DNA of 64,000 bases from positions 862 through 64,861 of IMG/VR virus record IMGVR_UViG_3300021378_001388; one strand, given 5' to 3'. Below the pieces are notes generated by a model. It did not search any database, was not told the DNA's origin, and was given only the letters and a program-made list of their open reading frames with translations. The stretch's first letter is position 1, and every line of letters begins with the position of its first letter. Made by a program: the position numbers and the translations under genes. The stretch comes from a virus (lineage: Duplodnaviria > Caudoviricetes). Below, one piece after another: positions 28,599 to 38,365 of this stretch.

Positions 28599-29042
28599 TT
28601 ATTTCCTATCTTTAAGGTGTGGTTCTATGTCTTTGTATGTCATTCGTTCCATAATATCTATGTCCCCTTTAATTTCTTCATACTTGTCTACTTTACCATT
28701 CTTTCGGTTAAGTACATACCCATCGACATACGCAACTAGGTATATTTCACCTTGTTGGGTGAGGTCTAAGATTAACCATAATTCGGGATTTTTATCTGGG
28801 TGTGAGTGCAACGCTGTATAGAAACATCCTAATCCATTGCCACTATTTGTGTAAAAACCTTCACTGATATATTCCCATACATCAGGAAAAGTAGTTACAT
28901 CATCATAATTGAATCCGTTTGCTGAATAAGGAAAGGTTTTCCACCAATTTACGATTTCTTGTAGTGTTGTTTGTTTTAACTCTTTTTTTAATTTTAATCG
29001 TAATTGGCGCCATTCGTAAAGCAATATTGCTTTATCTTGCAT
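28599..29042 (-). CDS. Hypothetical protein
   Basis: Abuts the upstream structural gene. Confidence 0.65.
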   Translation of the reverse strand: MQDKAILLYEWRQLRLKLKKELKQTTLQEIVNWWKTFPYSANGFNYDDVTTFPDVWEYISEGFYTNSGNGLGCFYTALHSHPDKNPELWLILDLTQQGEIYLVAYVDGYVLNRKNGKVDKYEEIKGDIDIMERMTYKDIEPHLKDRK

Positions 29043-29993
29043 TTACATTGTCCATCTTTTTACAGTATATGATATTTCTGTTGTGAAGTTTGTATCTTGT
29101 GTGTAATTAATCTTTAGATTATCACCATCTATGACTGATGTGAACTCAATATTTGAAAACTCGTCTGCTTGTGCTATTGAATCGCCATCATCTTGCCAGA
29201 TTTCTGTATTGTTATCTGTAAGTTTTGCTTGTGCAATTGCTGGAGTAACTGCCGCTCCGTTAATAACCTGAAGTCTGCCTACACGAACAAATGTTATTGC
29301 TGGTGATGTACCTACTTGCTTCAATGAGTAATCAATGAAGAATGAAGTAGAGTCTGTTTTAGCATATTTCAAAAATGTTCCAGATGTAGCGTTTAATTCT
29401 TTCTTAAATAAACTAGGACGTTTGCCGTCTGCTGAAGTGTGTGTTTGTAGATGCATATTAGCATATACTTGGCTGAAACTATTCTCTGTAAGAACCTCTA
29501 CATTCTTTCTTTCACTAGCAAATATGTTTGCATAAAAATGGTCTACAGTATCGATTGCAGTACCGGTTCCTGTACCTACACCTGTTGCTGTAAATGTTGT
29601 GCCAATATTATTATCAGCGGCGCCTATTAATGTGAAGTCTGTTGTTCCGACAGTTTTTATTTTATATACTTTAGCATTAACAAATGCACCAGCAGTAATT
29701 ACACCGTAAGTTGTCATAGCAGTGAGAAGTGCGGGAACATCAGATATGCTTCTGATGATTAAGTCTTCATCTATTTCTAGTCCAGGCTCTGCTGTATGTT
29801 GATTTAAAAAAGTTTGAACGATTGATTGAGCGTTAGCAAAAGGGTCAAATATAATTTCATCAACTGACGCTGAAGTTCCAACATATAGTTGCTTAGAATC
29901 AGTAGTGTAGCCTAATTCACCAGCATCTAAAGTACTTGCTGATATTTCACTACGAAGACCACGTCTTAATAAAATTTTTACATTTGTTGCCAT
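29043..29993 (-). CDS. Virion structural / tail-fibre-associated protein
   Basis: ILLRRG...LDAGELGYTTDSKQLYVG (Mtd/hyaluronidase N-terminal-like); T/G-rich module; late box at 30016-30023. Confidence 0.65.
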   Translation of the reverse strand: MATNVKILLRRGLRSEISASTLDAGELGYTTDSKQLYVGTSASVDEIIFDPFANAQSIVQTFLNQHTAEPGLEIDEDLIIRSISDVPALLTAMTTYGVITAGAFVNAKVYKIKTVGTTDFTLIGAADNNIGTTFTATGVGTGTGTAIDTVDHFYANIFASERKNVEVLTENSFSQVYANMHLQTHTSADGKRPSLFKKELNATSGTFLKYAKTDSTSFFIDYSLKQVGTSPAITFVRVGRLQVINGAAVTPAIAQAKLTDNNTEIWQDDGDSIAQADEFSNIEFTSVIDGDNLKINYTQDTNFTTEISYTVKRWTM

Positions 29994-30008
29994 ATTACAC
30001 TCCCGTTA

Positions 30009-30698
30009 TTACATGTATTTATCAAAATAGGCTTGGACTTTACCTGCCCACAATCTTGCATAACGTTCATACTCATCAGTGTCAACAACAAATTCTTGGT
30101 AGTTACCCATATTGTCTGCTTCTGCATCCCAGCCAATCATCATAATAACAATTGTTTTGATATCAGTGCCATAGATTTGATTATGGGCTTCGGCATATGC
30201 CGCACCTTGTAAAAAATAATCATCAATCCATTCTCGTTTCTTTGGTTTACGAGATGTTTTAAAGTCAATGATTGCTGGTTTGCCTTCATATACACCAACA
30301 CAGTCTGTTGTGCCAGCGTAAAGACCAGGATAATATAATGGAACTTCTGTACCCCATACTTCATCTACTTTAGATAGACCTTGCTCAATGACAATCTCTG
30401 ACAATTCTCTTGCCATCTGATGTATCAGGTTTGAACCATTTGGTCTATCTTCTTCTAAGATATATTTTTCGAGGTGTAAGTGAACTTGTGTTCCAATACC
30501 AGTAGCAAGTCGCATAATTCTATCTGCTTCTTCATTGCCGACACGTTTGCGCCATTCAAATAAAGCAGATTTGTCTGCAAGTGCGGAGAGTACTGTAGTA
30601 ACACTTGGTAAAGGCTGTCCGTCGGGCGTTTGATAATGCCGACTACCTTTAATGTTTACTCGTTCTAGTGGTTTATAGGTAAATTTTTCTTTAAGCAT
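30009..30698 (-). CDS. PD-(D/E)XK exonuclease
   Basis: PSVTTVL, GTQVH, EVPLY, AGTTD, IIDFKTS and LQGAAY. Confidence 0.85.
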   Translation of the reverse strand: MLKEKFTYKPLERVNIKGSRHYQTPDGQPLPSVTTVLSALADKSALFEWRKRVGNEEADRIMRLATGIGTQVHLHLEKYILEEDRPNGSNLIHQMARELSEIVIEQGLSKVDEVWGTEVPLYYPGLYAGTTDCVGVYEGKPAIIDFKTSRKPKKREWIDDYFLQGAAYAEAHNQIYGTDIKTIVIMMIGWDAEADNMGNYQEFVVDTDEYERYARLWAGKVQAYFDKYM

Positions 30699-30704
30699 AG
30701 CACT

Positions 30705-30733
30705 ATTATACTATACTTTAGGTTAGAATGCAA
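30705..30733 (-). promoter_or_regulatory. sigma70-like promoter (leaderless)
   Basis: TTGCAT-17-TATAAT, 6 nt before the ATG; no SD. Confidence 0.65.
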
Positions 30734-30740
30734 GAGATTT

Positions 30741-31151
30741 TTAAAGTTTTTCTTGGATTTCTTCGATTAATTTTGCTTTAGTGTGGCGTCTGTCTAATTG
30801 AATACCGAGGTTTTCTTCTGCCCACATATCAATTTGCTTTTTAGTCATTGATTCAAAATCAACTTCTGGCATCTCTGACTGCTCTTCAACTGTCTTTACT
30901 GCTTCACCTACAGCAATTGATACGATTTCACTAGTTGCTACTGCGTTTGCTAAATCTTTTGCTTCGTTATCTGCAACACGTTTCATAAACTCTCTGTGGC
31001 GTTTTGCATCTTGGACTTCTTTTCTAAATGCTTTCTGTTTTGGAGATAAACTTTCAATGCCGCCTTCTGGATTTTTCTCTAATTCTTCAACGTGTTTCTT
31101 CATTTCTTCTTTAGAGATTGTTATAATTGGTTTACTAATTATTAGTGCCAT
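30741..31151 (-). CDS. Hypothetical protein with a C-terminal HeH/Rho-N-like motif
   Basis: MTKKQID.WAEE.LGIQLDRRHTKAKLI. Confidence 0.55.
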   Translation of the reverse strand: MALIISKPIITISKEEMKKHVEELEKNPEGGIESLSPKQKAFRKEVQDAKRHREFMKRVADNEAKDLANAVATSEIVSIAVGEAVKTVEEQSEMPEVDFESMTKKQIDMWAEENLGIQLDRRHTKAKLIEEIQEKL

Positions 31152-31471
31152 TATTTTTTCACCTTTGTTTTTGCTGTTTTGACTGCCAGTTTGCGTACTG
31201 TGTCTTTGTCAGCAGTATTTTTGTTTTTTGTTGGATGAACTAGGTCTATTGTATCAGTTGTAACTTTAGATACATACTTACTATTTCCCAATAAACTAAC
31301 CATTGACTCTGCGTCAACTGTATAACCCATTCCGTTCAACTCACGCACCATCATATCCATAGTAACTGATGGAATATCATTCGCTTTTAACGAAATAAGA
31401 TAAGCATTAATATCGCCCATTAACTGAGCATCATAATTCGCCTTCTCTTGTAGAAGTTTGGCGAAATTCAT
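31151..31471 (-). CDS. Hypothetical late-region protein
   Basis: Tightly packed ORF. Confidence 0.65.
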   Translation of the reverse strand: MNFAKLLQEKANYDAQLMGDINAYLISLKANDIPSVTMDMMVRELNGMGYTVDAESMVSLLGNSKYVSKVTTDTIDLVHPTKNKNTADKDTVRKLAVKTAKTKVKK

Positions 31472-31472
31472 A

Positions 31473-31928
31473 TTATGCTCTTTCTTCTCTGCCTACTGGA
31501 TTTGTTTCTTCGCCTGAAGACGATTCATCACCACCAAAGTCTGCTGTGATATCATCTTCTAAGTCAGCGCCCATATCACCGCCAAGTTCTACATCACCCA
31601 TATCATCAGCCATTTTCTCGCCTGATAGAACTAGTGTTGCATCTTGTACTGCATCTTTAGCCGAACGTGCTTGTCCTAGTAGACCGTTAATCGCATCATC
31701 AACTGAACCTTTAAACGTTGCCGCTTGGTCAGGACCATGTGAATATGCCATTTCGTCTGATAATGGACCGATTTGGTCGTTTTGAATTTTGCCTAGTTTC
31801 TCAATTACGTCTTGTAATTCATCAACAATGCCTCTGGCAGCCATTGTGATTTCCGCCTCAGCCGCATCAACTTCAAGTAGAGCGTTTAACTCTTCCATTA
31901 AAGTCTTTTCTAAGTTAGTTTTTTCCAT
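31473..31928 (-). CDS. Acidic helical protein (scaffold/core-like)
   Basis: D/E-rich with LME and LLE motifs; SD upstream. Confidence 0.6.
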   Translation of the reverse strand: MEKTNLEKTLMEELNALLEVDAAEAEITMAARGIVDELQDVIEKLGKIQNDQIGPLSDEMAYSHGPDQAATFKGSVDDAINGLLGQARSAKDAVQDATLVLSGEKMADDMGDVELGGDMGADLEDDITADFGGDESSSGEETNPVGREERA

Positions 31929-31954
31929 TTTATTTCCTTGGTTATTAAATTTAA

Positions 31955-32812
31955 TTACATTCCGTAATATTCGGTATTTTCATCCCAGTTATCTAGTACA
32001 TCTTTTAGTTTGTCATGCATATTATACAAGTCGCCTGTACCTGCTTTATCTCCACCACGCATCATCAAATGACTATTTTCTGCTCTATATTGTATCGCAT
32101 GTTCTAGTTGTTTCATGCTGGCTTCTAATCTGTCTTTAGCGATAGATAATTGTGAGTCATTCTTCCATCTGTAATGGTCAGGACCTTTTTCTTCCTCATC
32201 TTCTGCTACTTGTTCTGTCTCTGGACTAGCGTCACTGGTAGTTGTTTCGCCAGTCTGTGATAAGTCCAAGTCTATTGCTTCAAGTGTTTCTTTGAAGTTA
32301 GGATAAAAATTCTTTGATTTCTTTTTCTCTACTACTTCTTCAACACTCTCATTTGCTCTTTTTAAGGCATTTGCTACGCTTGGATGTGCTGATAATCCCT
32401 TTGCAATCTTTTCAATAGTTGCAACAGCACCTGAATAATTACCGTCTTTATATCTAGGGTCGTTTAATATACCGAATGCCATTTTAATTTGTTTATCAGA
32501 AAACTCTGCTTTTTCTTCAGTCACTTCTTGCTGTTCATATGAAGATGAAGTATCTTCGCCGTGGGCTTTTAATAATGAAGTGATTGTTTCAATCATAAGC
32601 ATATTTTCCACATACTTCTGACTCATATATTGATGAGTTTTTAATTCAACTTGTTCTGCTTGTAGCGACTTCTTTGCCTCTTCTAAAGTTTCAAAGTCTC
32701 CATCAACTGCATATCCAAAGTTCTTCTTCAAGTATTCATTCATACGAGAAGACACGTGAATATCTGTCGAGTTAAAAAATTTGTTATCGTTTAAATTCAT
32801 AATAAATCCCAA
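31955..32812 (-). CDS. Acidic late-region protein (scaffold/internal-head-like)
   Basis: E-rich; GATAAATA box at 32832-32839. Confidence 0.6.
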   Translation of the reverse strand: MGFIMNLNDNKFFNSTDIHVSSRMNEYLKKNFGYAVDGDFETLEEAKKSLQAEQVELKTHQYMSQKYVENMLMIETITSLLKAHGEDTSSSYEQQEVTEEKAEFSDKQIKMAFGILNDPRYKDGNYSGAVATIEKIAKGLSAHPSVANALKRANESVEEVVEKKKSKNFYPNFKETLEAIDLDLSQTGETTTSDASPETEQVAEDEEEKGPDHYRWKNDSQLSIAKDRLEASMKQLEHAIQYRAENSHLMMRGGDKAGTGDLYNMHDKLKDVLDNWDENTEYYGM

Positions 32813-32862
32813 TATTAATACATATTACATGTATTTATCTTTTTAATACACAAACATAATTT

Positions 32863-33483
32863 TTAAAGAATTATGTTCTCGTAGAGATTAGATATCTTAC
32901 GTTTATATTTGCCTGCCTCGTGTTTTGACTGTGAGAACCTTGCTTGAGCAATATCCATTCTGCCTTCGTTAACTGCACGTTTGGCCACTTGATATGAGTT
33001 CTTATGTTGGATTGCTGAAGTATAATTACGTTCAAATAATGCATTAATTCTAATTATTTCCATAATTTCTGGAGAATTAATTGTTTTGCCTTCATTGAGA
33101 TGATTAGCAATACAACAAACTGTTTCATACAATTGTATATCTTCAAATAATATAGAATCACTGCGAGTATCAAGTATATCGTATCTTTCTTCTTTGTTTT
33201 TCTCTACTGAAAATGCGCCAACTTTGACACCTTTCTCAGTTTTAGTAGATTCTGTAATTGTTTTCTTAACTTTATGTGCTACACTCGTTGTTGCTTCAGC
33301 AAAACCTTTCATAATGTTTGCCATAGCATCGACATCTGCACGTTTTACGCCAGGTGTGATATCTACTGGTTGTTCTGAATTATTTGATTGAGGTGATGCT
33401 TCATTTAATTTAACAGTCTCGCCATTCATAACTTTCATTAGATTAGCCATCATGCTTACATCTTTTTGACTTGGTACTGACAT
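32863..33483 (-). CDS. Hypothetical late-region protein
   Basis: AGGAG SD; LNE and ITE motifs. Confidence 0.65.
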   Translation of the reverse strand: MSVPSQKDVSMMANLMKVMNGETVKLNEASPQSNNSEQPVDITPGVKRADVDAMANIMKGFAEATTSVAHKVKKTITESTKTEKGVKVGAFSVEKNKEERYDILDTRSDSILFEDIQLYETVCCIANHLNEGKTINSPEIMEIIRINALFERNYTSAIQHKNSYQVAKRAVNEGRMDIAQARFSQSKHEAGKYKRKISNLYENIIL

Positions 33484-33503
33484 TTTAGAACTCCTACTAG
33501 TTG

Positions 33504-33698
33504 TTAAACAGTTTTATACCCTCGCAATGTAGGAACTAACACACCTTTGTGTGTCAATTTCTCTGCCAGAACCTCTTCTCTGCCTGACAACTGCGATTCA
33601 TTTACATAATCTCCCTCAGAAAAGTATTTATTTAATAAATTCTCCTCTTCCTCAGTAATCATTACATATAATCCACCTAATATTTCTTTTAATTTCAT
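33504..33698 (-). CDS. Hypothetical protein
   Basis: ATGA overlap; MKLKEIL N-terminus. Confidence 0.6.
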   Translation of the reverse strand: MKLKEILGGLYVMITEEEENLLNKYFSEGDYVNESQLSGREEVLAEKLTHKGVLVPTLRGYKTV

Positions 33699-34426
33699 AA
33701 TTGCTCTTGTTTTCTTAATCTATTAAGTAAATTTCTAAACTGTATTCTAGTATCTGGGCTCATTGCCAGATTATCTAAGTTTTGGGCTTGATGTGCCATT
33801 GCTTGTCTCTGAATTGGAGTCAATGGTCTGCCTTGTTCTGCTTTATCCATCGCATCTGCTGTTTGTGCCGCAGTTGCACCGCCTAAATTGTCTCTGCCAA
33901 GTCTTTGCATGGCTTGTGTTCTTGCTGTTTTCATTTTCTGGTCTGATTGAGCAGCCGCACCTGGTGTTGGTTCAACTGGCTCTTCAACCCCTACATATGC
34001 ATCTTTTCCCCTAGCATCTGGTCCTTGTGAACCTGTGCTGTATGCTTCGTCTAAAGATTTCCATTCATCATACGATAGAAAAATATCTGTATCTGGGTCA
34101 TAATAACTGCCCTCTTTTGGGTCATAATATACAACTTTACCAGATTTAGTCATAATAGGACCTTCTAGTCCGTCTCTGGCTTTATATTTTTCTGGCATAG
34201 CAGGAAGTTCTGACCAACCTTCTGATAAACTCATCATATCTTCAATCGTAGATACATCTTTAGATTTTAATGCAGACATTACTTTAATATAATCAGAAAA
34301 ACTTAATGTTTTCATTCTTGCTTTGACATCTTCTACTGGAGAATCAATAAGACTAGCGATGTCTTGCATTCGGTCATCTACACCTTCAACAAACATTGTT
34401 TTCTCTATTTCATTCTTTAATGACAT
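33695..34426 (-). CDS. Hypothetical protein with a YYDP repeat module
   Basis: VVYYDPKEGSYYDPDTD. Confidence 0.65.
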   Translation of the reverse strand: MSLKNEIEKTMFVEGVDDRMQDIASLIDSPVEDVKARMKTLSFSDYIKVMSALKSKDVSTIEDMMSLSEGWSELPAMPEKYKARDGLEGPIMTKSGKVVYYDPKEGSYYDPDTDIFLSYDEWKSLDEAYSTGSQGPDARGKDAYVGVEEPVEPTPGAAAQSDQKMKTARTQAMQRLGRDNLGGATAAQTADAMDKAEQGRPLTPIQRQAMAHQAQNLDNLAMSPDTRIQFRNLLNRLRKQEQL

Positions 34427-34437
34427 TATATTCTCCG

Positions 34438-34716
34438 TTATCGCCTATTTAGTGTCTTTAAACGCTTACTCGCTGGATTCATTCGCTTAGTCATTTTTGC
34501 TTTACGTTTCATTCTAGCGCCCATTTTTGCTTTTGTTCTTGCTAATGTGAAGCGTTTCTTCATATTAACTGGTTTAAAACAATTTCCAGGTTTAGTTACT
34601 GTTTTACCTTTAAGTCTTCCTGAACTACATCTATACTTACGAACAATACTTCTGCCTTTACGGGCATAAACTAATTTCGCTTCATATATCTCTTCAGAAA
34701 TTTCTTCAAATAACAT
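34438..34716 (-). CDS. Highly basic small protein with an acidic N-terminal leader
   Basis: MLFEEISEEIYE followed by a K/R-rich body. Confidence 0.65.
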   Translation of the reverse strand: MLFEEISEEIYEAKLVYARKGRSIVRKYRCSSGRLKGKTVTKPGNCFKPVNMKKRFTLARTKAKMGARMKRKAKMTKRMNPASKRLKTLNRR

Positions 34717-34720
34717 CTTT

Positions 34721-34972
34721 TTAGCCTATCAAATTAAACATCTGTGCAAATAAGGCAATAAGCATTGTCGAAAATAAAGTTGATGCTGTCCATATCAAAA
34801 TTTTCTTCGTCTCTGCAAAACCTTTTTCCATTACTGCTTCGTTCTTATCAATCTTTTCATTAATGTCTTTTAATGACTTATTAAAATGATGATACCTCTC
34901 ATAGCATACTGCTACGTGAGTCTCTAAACTCTCTGCTTCTAAATGTGCTAATTTTGGTTCCTTATCAGCCAT
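34721..34972 (-). CDS. Small coiled-coil protein with a C-terminal TM
   Basis: LETHVAVCYERY coiled coil and hydrophobic tail; late box at 35005-35012. Confidence 0.65.
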   Translation of the reverse strand: MADKEPKLAHLEAESLETHVAVCYERYHHFNKSLKDINEKIDKNEAVMEKGFAETKKILIWTASTLFSTMLIALFAQMFNLIG

Positions 34973-35046
34973 GGTAGCATCTCCCTAAATTAAATTACTA
35001 ATTGTATTTATCATTTGTAGCCAGGAATTAATCTTCAAGTAAAACC

Positions 35047-35069
35047 AAAAAGGAGACATTATGTCTCCT
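35047..35069 (-). terminator. Rho-independent terminator
   Basis: AGGAGACA-TAA-TGTCTCCT followed by TTTT. Confidence 0.7.
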
Positions 35070-35098
35070 CTCTCAATTAATTAATTTAATTAATTTAA

Positions 35099-35890
35099 TT
35101 ATTTTCTATCAAATGGTCTACCTAATTGACCTCTTTTAGTACTATATGTTGTTGCACCTATTCTTTTTCCTAATGCCCTACCAGCGGCACCTGCGGCTGC
35201 GATTGCTCCAATACCAGCGGCTGCTTTTACGATTGGTTTATCCCACATCTTCTTCTTTTTATCTTCACTATCGTCAACAATATAATTACCACGTTTCTGT
35301 AGTTTTAGAAGTGCTGGCATTATTTCTGCCAATCTTGCTTTTCTACGCATCCATTGAACTAATCTTGTGACTACTAGTGCTTTTTGATTTTGACTCAAGT
35401 TGTCCCAATCTCCTACAAGTCTACGAACTGACTTTAACATACCATCTTGGACATTTAAATTTCTTTGATATCTTAATAGATATCTTTGCTCAAATGATGA
35501 ATCGTTTCTATTATTAGAATAATGAAGTAAAAATCTCAAAATGTCTGCTTTCTGTAATGAAAGTCTGCCTCTTGCTATTTCATCTTTTTCATCATCGCCA
35601 ATATCGTTGTCTTTTCCCATTAAACGATTAAGAGCCATATACATATCAGTACCATTAGTTCTGAAATAATCAAAGTTTCTGTAAACCATAGTACGAGATG
35701 CTATATCTCCTGCCAATGGGGCAAAGTCGTAATCTTTATTAAAAATATTTAATATAAGAAAATGAACAAAAACTATATCTGCCGCATCATTAATATTAAC
35801 ATCAGACGCCATCTTTTTAGTTCTGAACAATCTACTTTCAGATAATGTATTAACAAATTGAACTTTGTTTACCATTTTCTGCAACTCCAA
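35099..35890 (-). CDS. Hypothetical protein
   Basis: Long ORF in the main direction. Confidence 0.7.
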   Translation of the reverse strand: MELQKMVNKVQFVNTLSESRLFRTKKMASDVNINDAADIVFVHFLILNIFNKDYDFAPLAGDIASRTMVYRNFDYFRTNGTDMYMALNRLMGKDNDIGDDEKDEIARGRLSLQKADILRFLLHYSNNRNDSSFEQRYLLRYQRNLNVQDGMLKSVRRLVGDWDNLSQNQKALVVTRLVQWMRRKARLAEIMPALLKLQKRGNYIVDDSEDKKKKMWDKPIVKAAAGIGAIAAAGAAGRALGKRIGATTYSTKRGQLGRPFDRK

Positions 35891-36249
35891 TATCTTGCTT
35901 TGTGCTTTGGTCCAGGATTATCGCAATTATGTCTTGCTCTAAAATTCTTTCGTTTTCCTGGATTAGACTTTTTAATTCTAACACCCTTTTGCCCGAAGTT
36001 AACTTTAACTACATTGCCCTTATCATTCTTAACATAGACTTTGAATTTTTTAACATCACCCGCACTAGGTTTATTTAATTTAACAGTACGACCTTGATAT
36101 TCTGCTTCAAAAAGTCCTTCTTCGCAGTATGCAAGATATCCATATTCTTCATGGAAATCTTGTGAGTCTTCTAATGTAACTTCTGTAATTGGTTGCTCTA
36201 TGAGTTCTAACTCATCAATCAATCTTCTTAATTCTGTATTATCCGTCAT
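35869..36249 (-). CDS. Conserved T4-like phage hypothetical protein
   Basis: AEYQGRTVKLNKP...VNFG...FRARHNC...RYWSC, recalled from marine myoviruses. Confidence 0.7.
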   Translation of the reverse strand: MTDNTELRRLIDELELIEQPITEVTLEDSQDFHEEYGYLAYCEEGLFEAEYQGRTVKLNKPSAGDVKKFKVYVKNDKGNVVKVNFGQKGVRIKKSNPGKRKNFRARHNCDNPGPKHKARYWSCRKW

Positions 36250-36250
36250 A

Positions 36251-36442
36251 TTAATTCTCTTTTACTATATCTTTACAAGTATCACTCGCATATTTTTTAA
36301 AGTACCTAGGCGCAAATGCGTGTAAAAATACTGCCAGTGCGGCCTTTTTCAAACGCCACGCAATACCCATTGCGTGTTTAAAATGTTGCCAGCGTGTCAT
36401 ATCTGCCTCATCTAAATGCAATTTACACTTCTCGCTAAACAT
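36251..36442 (-). CDS. Hypothetical protein
   Basis: HL..MTRWQHFKHA...HAFAP; SD and a late box at 36473-36480. Confidence 0.65.
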   Translation of the reverse strand: MFSEKCKLHLDEADMTRWQHFKHAMGIAWRLKKAALAVFLHAFAPRYFKKYASDTCKDIVKEN

Positions 36443-36480
36443 TATTACTTCCTCGTTCTTACATATTATATGTATTTATC

Positions 36481-36618
36481 TTACTTGAGGGCTCCACTCG
36501 TAACTCTTTTACTGTTAGGATGTCTTTTTGATACGAATGTTGAGTGTGACAGATTCTTCTTAGTTGCCCTCTGTCCTCTTTTTGGTGTTTTTACGTGTGG
36601 TACTGCTCTTTTTCCCAT
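36481..36618 (-). CDS. 45-aa basic peptide (absent from the ORF track)
   Basis: MGKRAVPHVKTPKRGQRATKKNLSHSTFVSKRHPNSKRVTSGALK fills the gap; weak SD. Confidence 0.5.
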   Translation of the reverse strand: MGKRAVPHVKTPKRGQRATKKNLSHSTFVSKRHPNSKRVTSGALK

Positions 36619-36643
36619 GGTCTTATTATTAGTAGTTAAAAAA

Positions 36644-37852
36644 TTATCTCTCTTGCCTCATGTTCGCCGCTGTAAAACCTGCTCTATTGACTAGTTTTAC
36701 GTCCTTGTCTATTACATATCCTTCTCCACCTCTTTCACCGTTTGTACTGGCTTCGATATCTGCTGGCTGAGAATCTAATGCTGTAATAATCTTATTCTTT
36801 GTTGTCATTACACCTTTAATAAATGTAAATATTGCTTCAAATCCATCGCTATTTTCTTGGGCGTATTGAAGTACTCTTTCTTTTTTAGGTCCACTTAGTT
36901 TTGATGTTTCTACCCATTGACTAAAACTCGCTCCTAGGTTATCTAAGTTGCCTGCTTTTGTGCTATTATTGATATATGTATAAAGAATATTACGAAAATC
37001 TGTCATTTTTAATTCTGCTGGAACTGCCAATAATTTATCAATTGCATTAGCATTTGATTTTAAATAACTTTCTAATCTGTCTACTTCTGGTAAGTCAACA
37101 CCAGGCGATGTAGTAACATATACTGGAGGCATAATAAATGTTCTACCATCTTTAAGTTGCCCCATATCTACACTGCTTTTGTTTCCTTCTAAATCAATTG
37201 ATTGGTGTACAACAATACCTACATCACTTCCTGTAATCTTTTGGCCTATTTCACTTTTTTCGTTCACTGAATATGTTGTAGTGTTTGGCTTAAATATAAG
37301 TCTACCATCTTTTGATGGAGGGGTTGAGAACCATAATAAGTCGCCGTGTAAATATCCTCTGAAGTCGTCAGGAATAACACTCTCTACTTTGTCCCATATA
37401 TTTTTCATTTGTGTTGCGAATGCTTTACGGCTATCTTCAATTTCGCCTTTGGCTCTGTTTAAAAACATTTGCTCTAAGTCATCACTGCTTGTTACTCTGC
37501 CGTTATAACCTTTTGCACCAAATCCACTTTTATCTGTAAGTACGAATTCGCCATTCTCATTACGACCAAAGATGACGGCTGGTGAGCCATCCCATTTGAT
37601 ACTAATTGATGAAGGAGAAGTTTCTATCTGATGTAATTTAGCGATTGCTTTTTTACCACCTTCACTTCCTGCTGGTCCGTCAAGTCCTAGAATAAGGTCT
37701 TCTAAATGTTGAATTCTTGCGCCCTCTTCATTGAGTGCTTTATCCAGAAGTTTCTTCATCTTCTGATGGAAACCTATTTGTTTATTACGAGGCTTTCTTG
37801 GACCTCTAAATCTTCTTTGACGACCTTTGTCTAATATATCTTCAACTTTCAT
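36644..37852 (-). CDS. Ligase/capping-superfamily nucleotidyltransferase-like protein (start moved to ATG 37852)
   Basis: SIKWDGSP (KxDG), GDLLW, GEGYV and KLVNR. Confidence 0.6.
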   Translation of the reverse strand: MKVEDILDKGRQRRFRGPRKPRNKQIGFHQKMKKLLDKALNEEGARIQHLEDLILGLDGPAGSEGGKKAIAKLHQIETSPSSISIKWDGSPAVIFGRNENGEFVLTDKSGFGAKGYNGRVTSSDDLEQMFLNRAKGEIEDSRKAFATQMKNIWDKVESVIPDDFRGYLHGDLLWFSTPPSKDGRLIFKPNTTTYSVNEKSEIGQKITGSDVGIVVHQSIDLEGNKSSVDMGQLKDGRTFIMPPVYVTTSPGVDLPEVDRLESYLKSNANAIDKLLAVPAELKMTDFRNILYTYINNSTKAGNLDNLGASFSQWVETSKLSGPKKERVLQYAQENSDGFEAIFTFIKGVMTTKNKIITALDSQPADIEASTNGERGGEGYVIDKDVKLVNRAGFTAANMRQER

Positions 37853-37853
37853 C

Positions 37854-38087
37854 TTACTTATCCCCGTATGGATTTTCACCTGTTAATTTAGGACGAGCAA
37901 ACCACAGTTTAAACCATTCTTTTGTGCCTGGTTCTATGTTGTTTTTCTTTTGATACTTAGACTTTTCAGTTCCTGTATAAGAAATATTTTCTTGCTTGGT
38001 TTCTTCAGGTTGGTATGGCTTATAGATACCAGAAAGAATCTTTAGTTCTTCAAGTTGCTGTTCGAGGCTACTACTTTCTTTTAGCAT
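37854..38087 (-). CDS. Hypothetical protein
   Basis: LEELKILSGI...IEPGTKEWFKLWF. Confidence 0.65.
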   Translation of the reverse strand: MLKESSSLEQQLEELKILSGIYKPYQPEETKQENISYTGTEKSKYQKKNNIEPGTKEWFKLWFARPKLTGENPYGDK

Positions 38088-38337
38088 GAGTTATTCCTCG
38101 CTTAAACTTTCTCAAGTCGCCAGTTCGTATGCTATTAACCAAACGCTTAGATAAATCTACTGCAACATCATTATCAAACTCACGGTGAATGAATTCAATT
38201 AGATTTATTGCACCAGAAATAATATGTTCGCCCTTTTGTTCAACGAATCTCTCTGGCTCATTCTTAGAAATCGCCATTGAGTTTAATTCTTCAAAAAGAC
38301 TTTTACGTGGTTTCTTAGTCATAAAATTGCTCTCCAA
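38071..38337 (-). CDS. Hypothetical protein
   Basis: Late box at 38360-38367 upstream. Confidence 0.65.
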   Translation of the reverse strand: MESNFMTKKPRKSLFEELNSMAISKNEPERFVEQKGEHIISGAINLIEFIHREFDNDVAVDLSKRLVNSIRTGDLRKFKRGITHAKRK

Positions 38338-38365
38338 GAGATAAATTCTCTATCAACAGTATTTA

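Noticed and set aside
30009-30698. Cas4/CRISPR-associated nuclease
   Set aside because: It lacks the four-Cys Fe-S ligands and has no cas context; it looks like an ordinary phage PD-(D/E)XK exonuclease.
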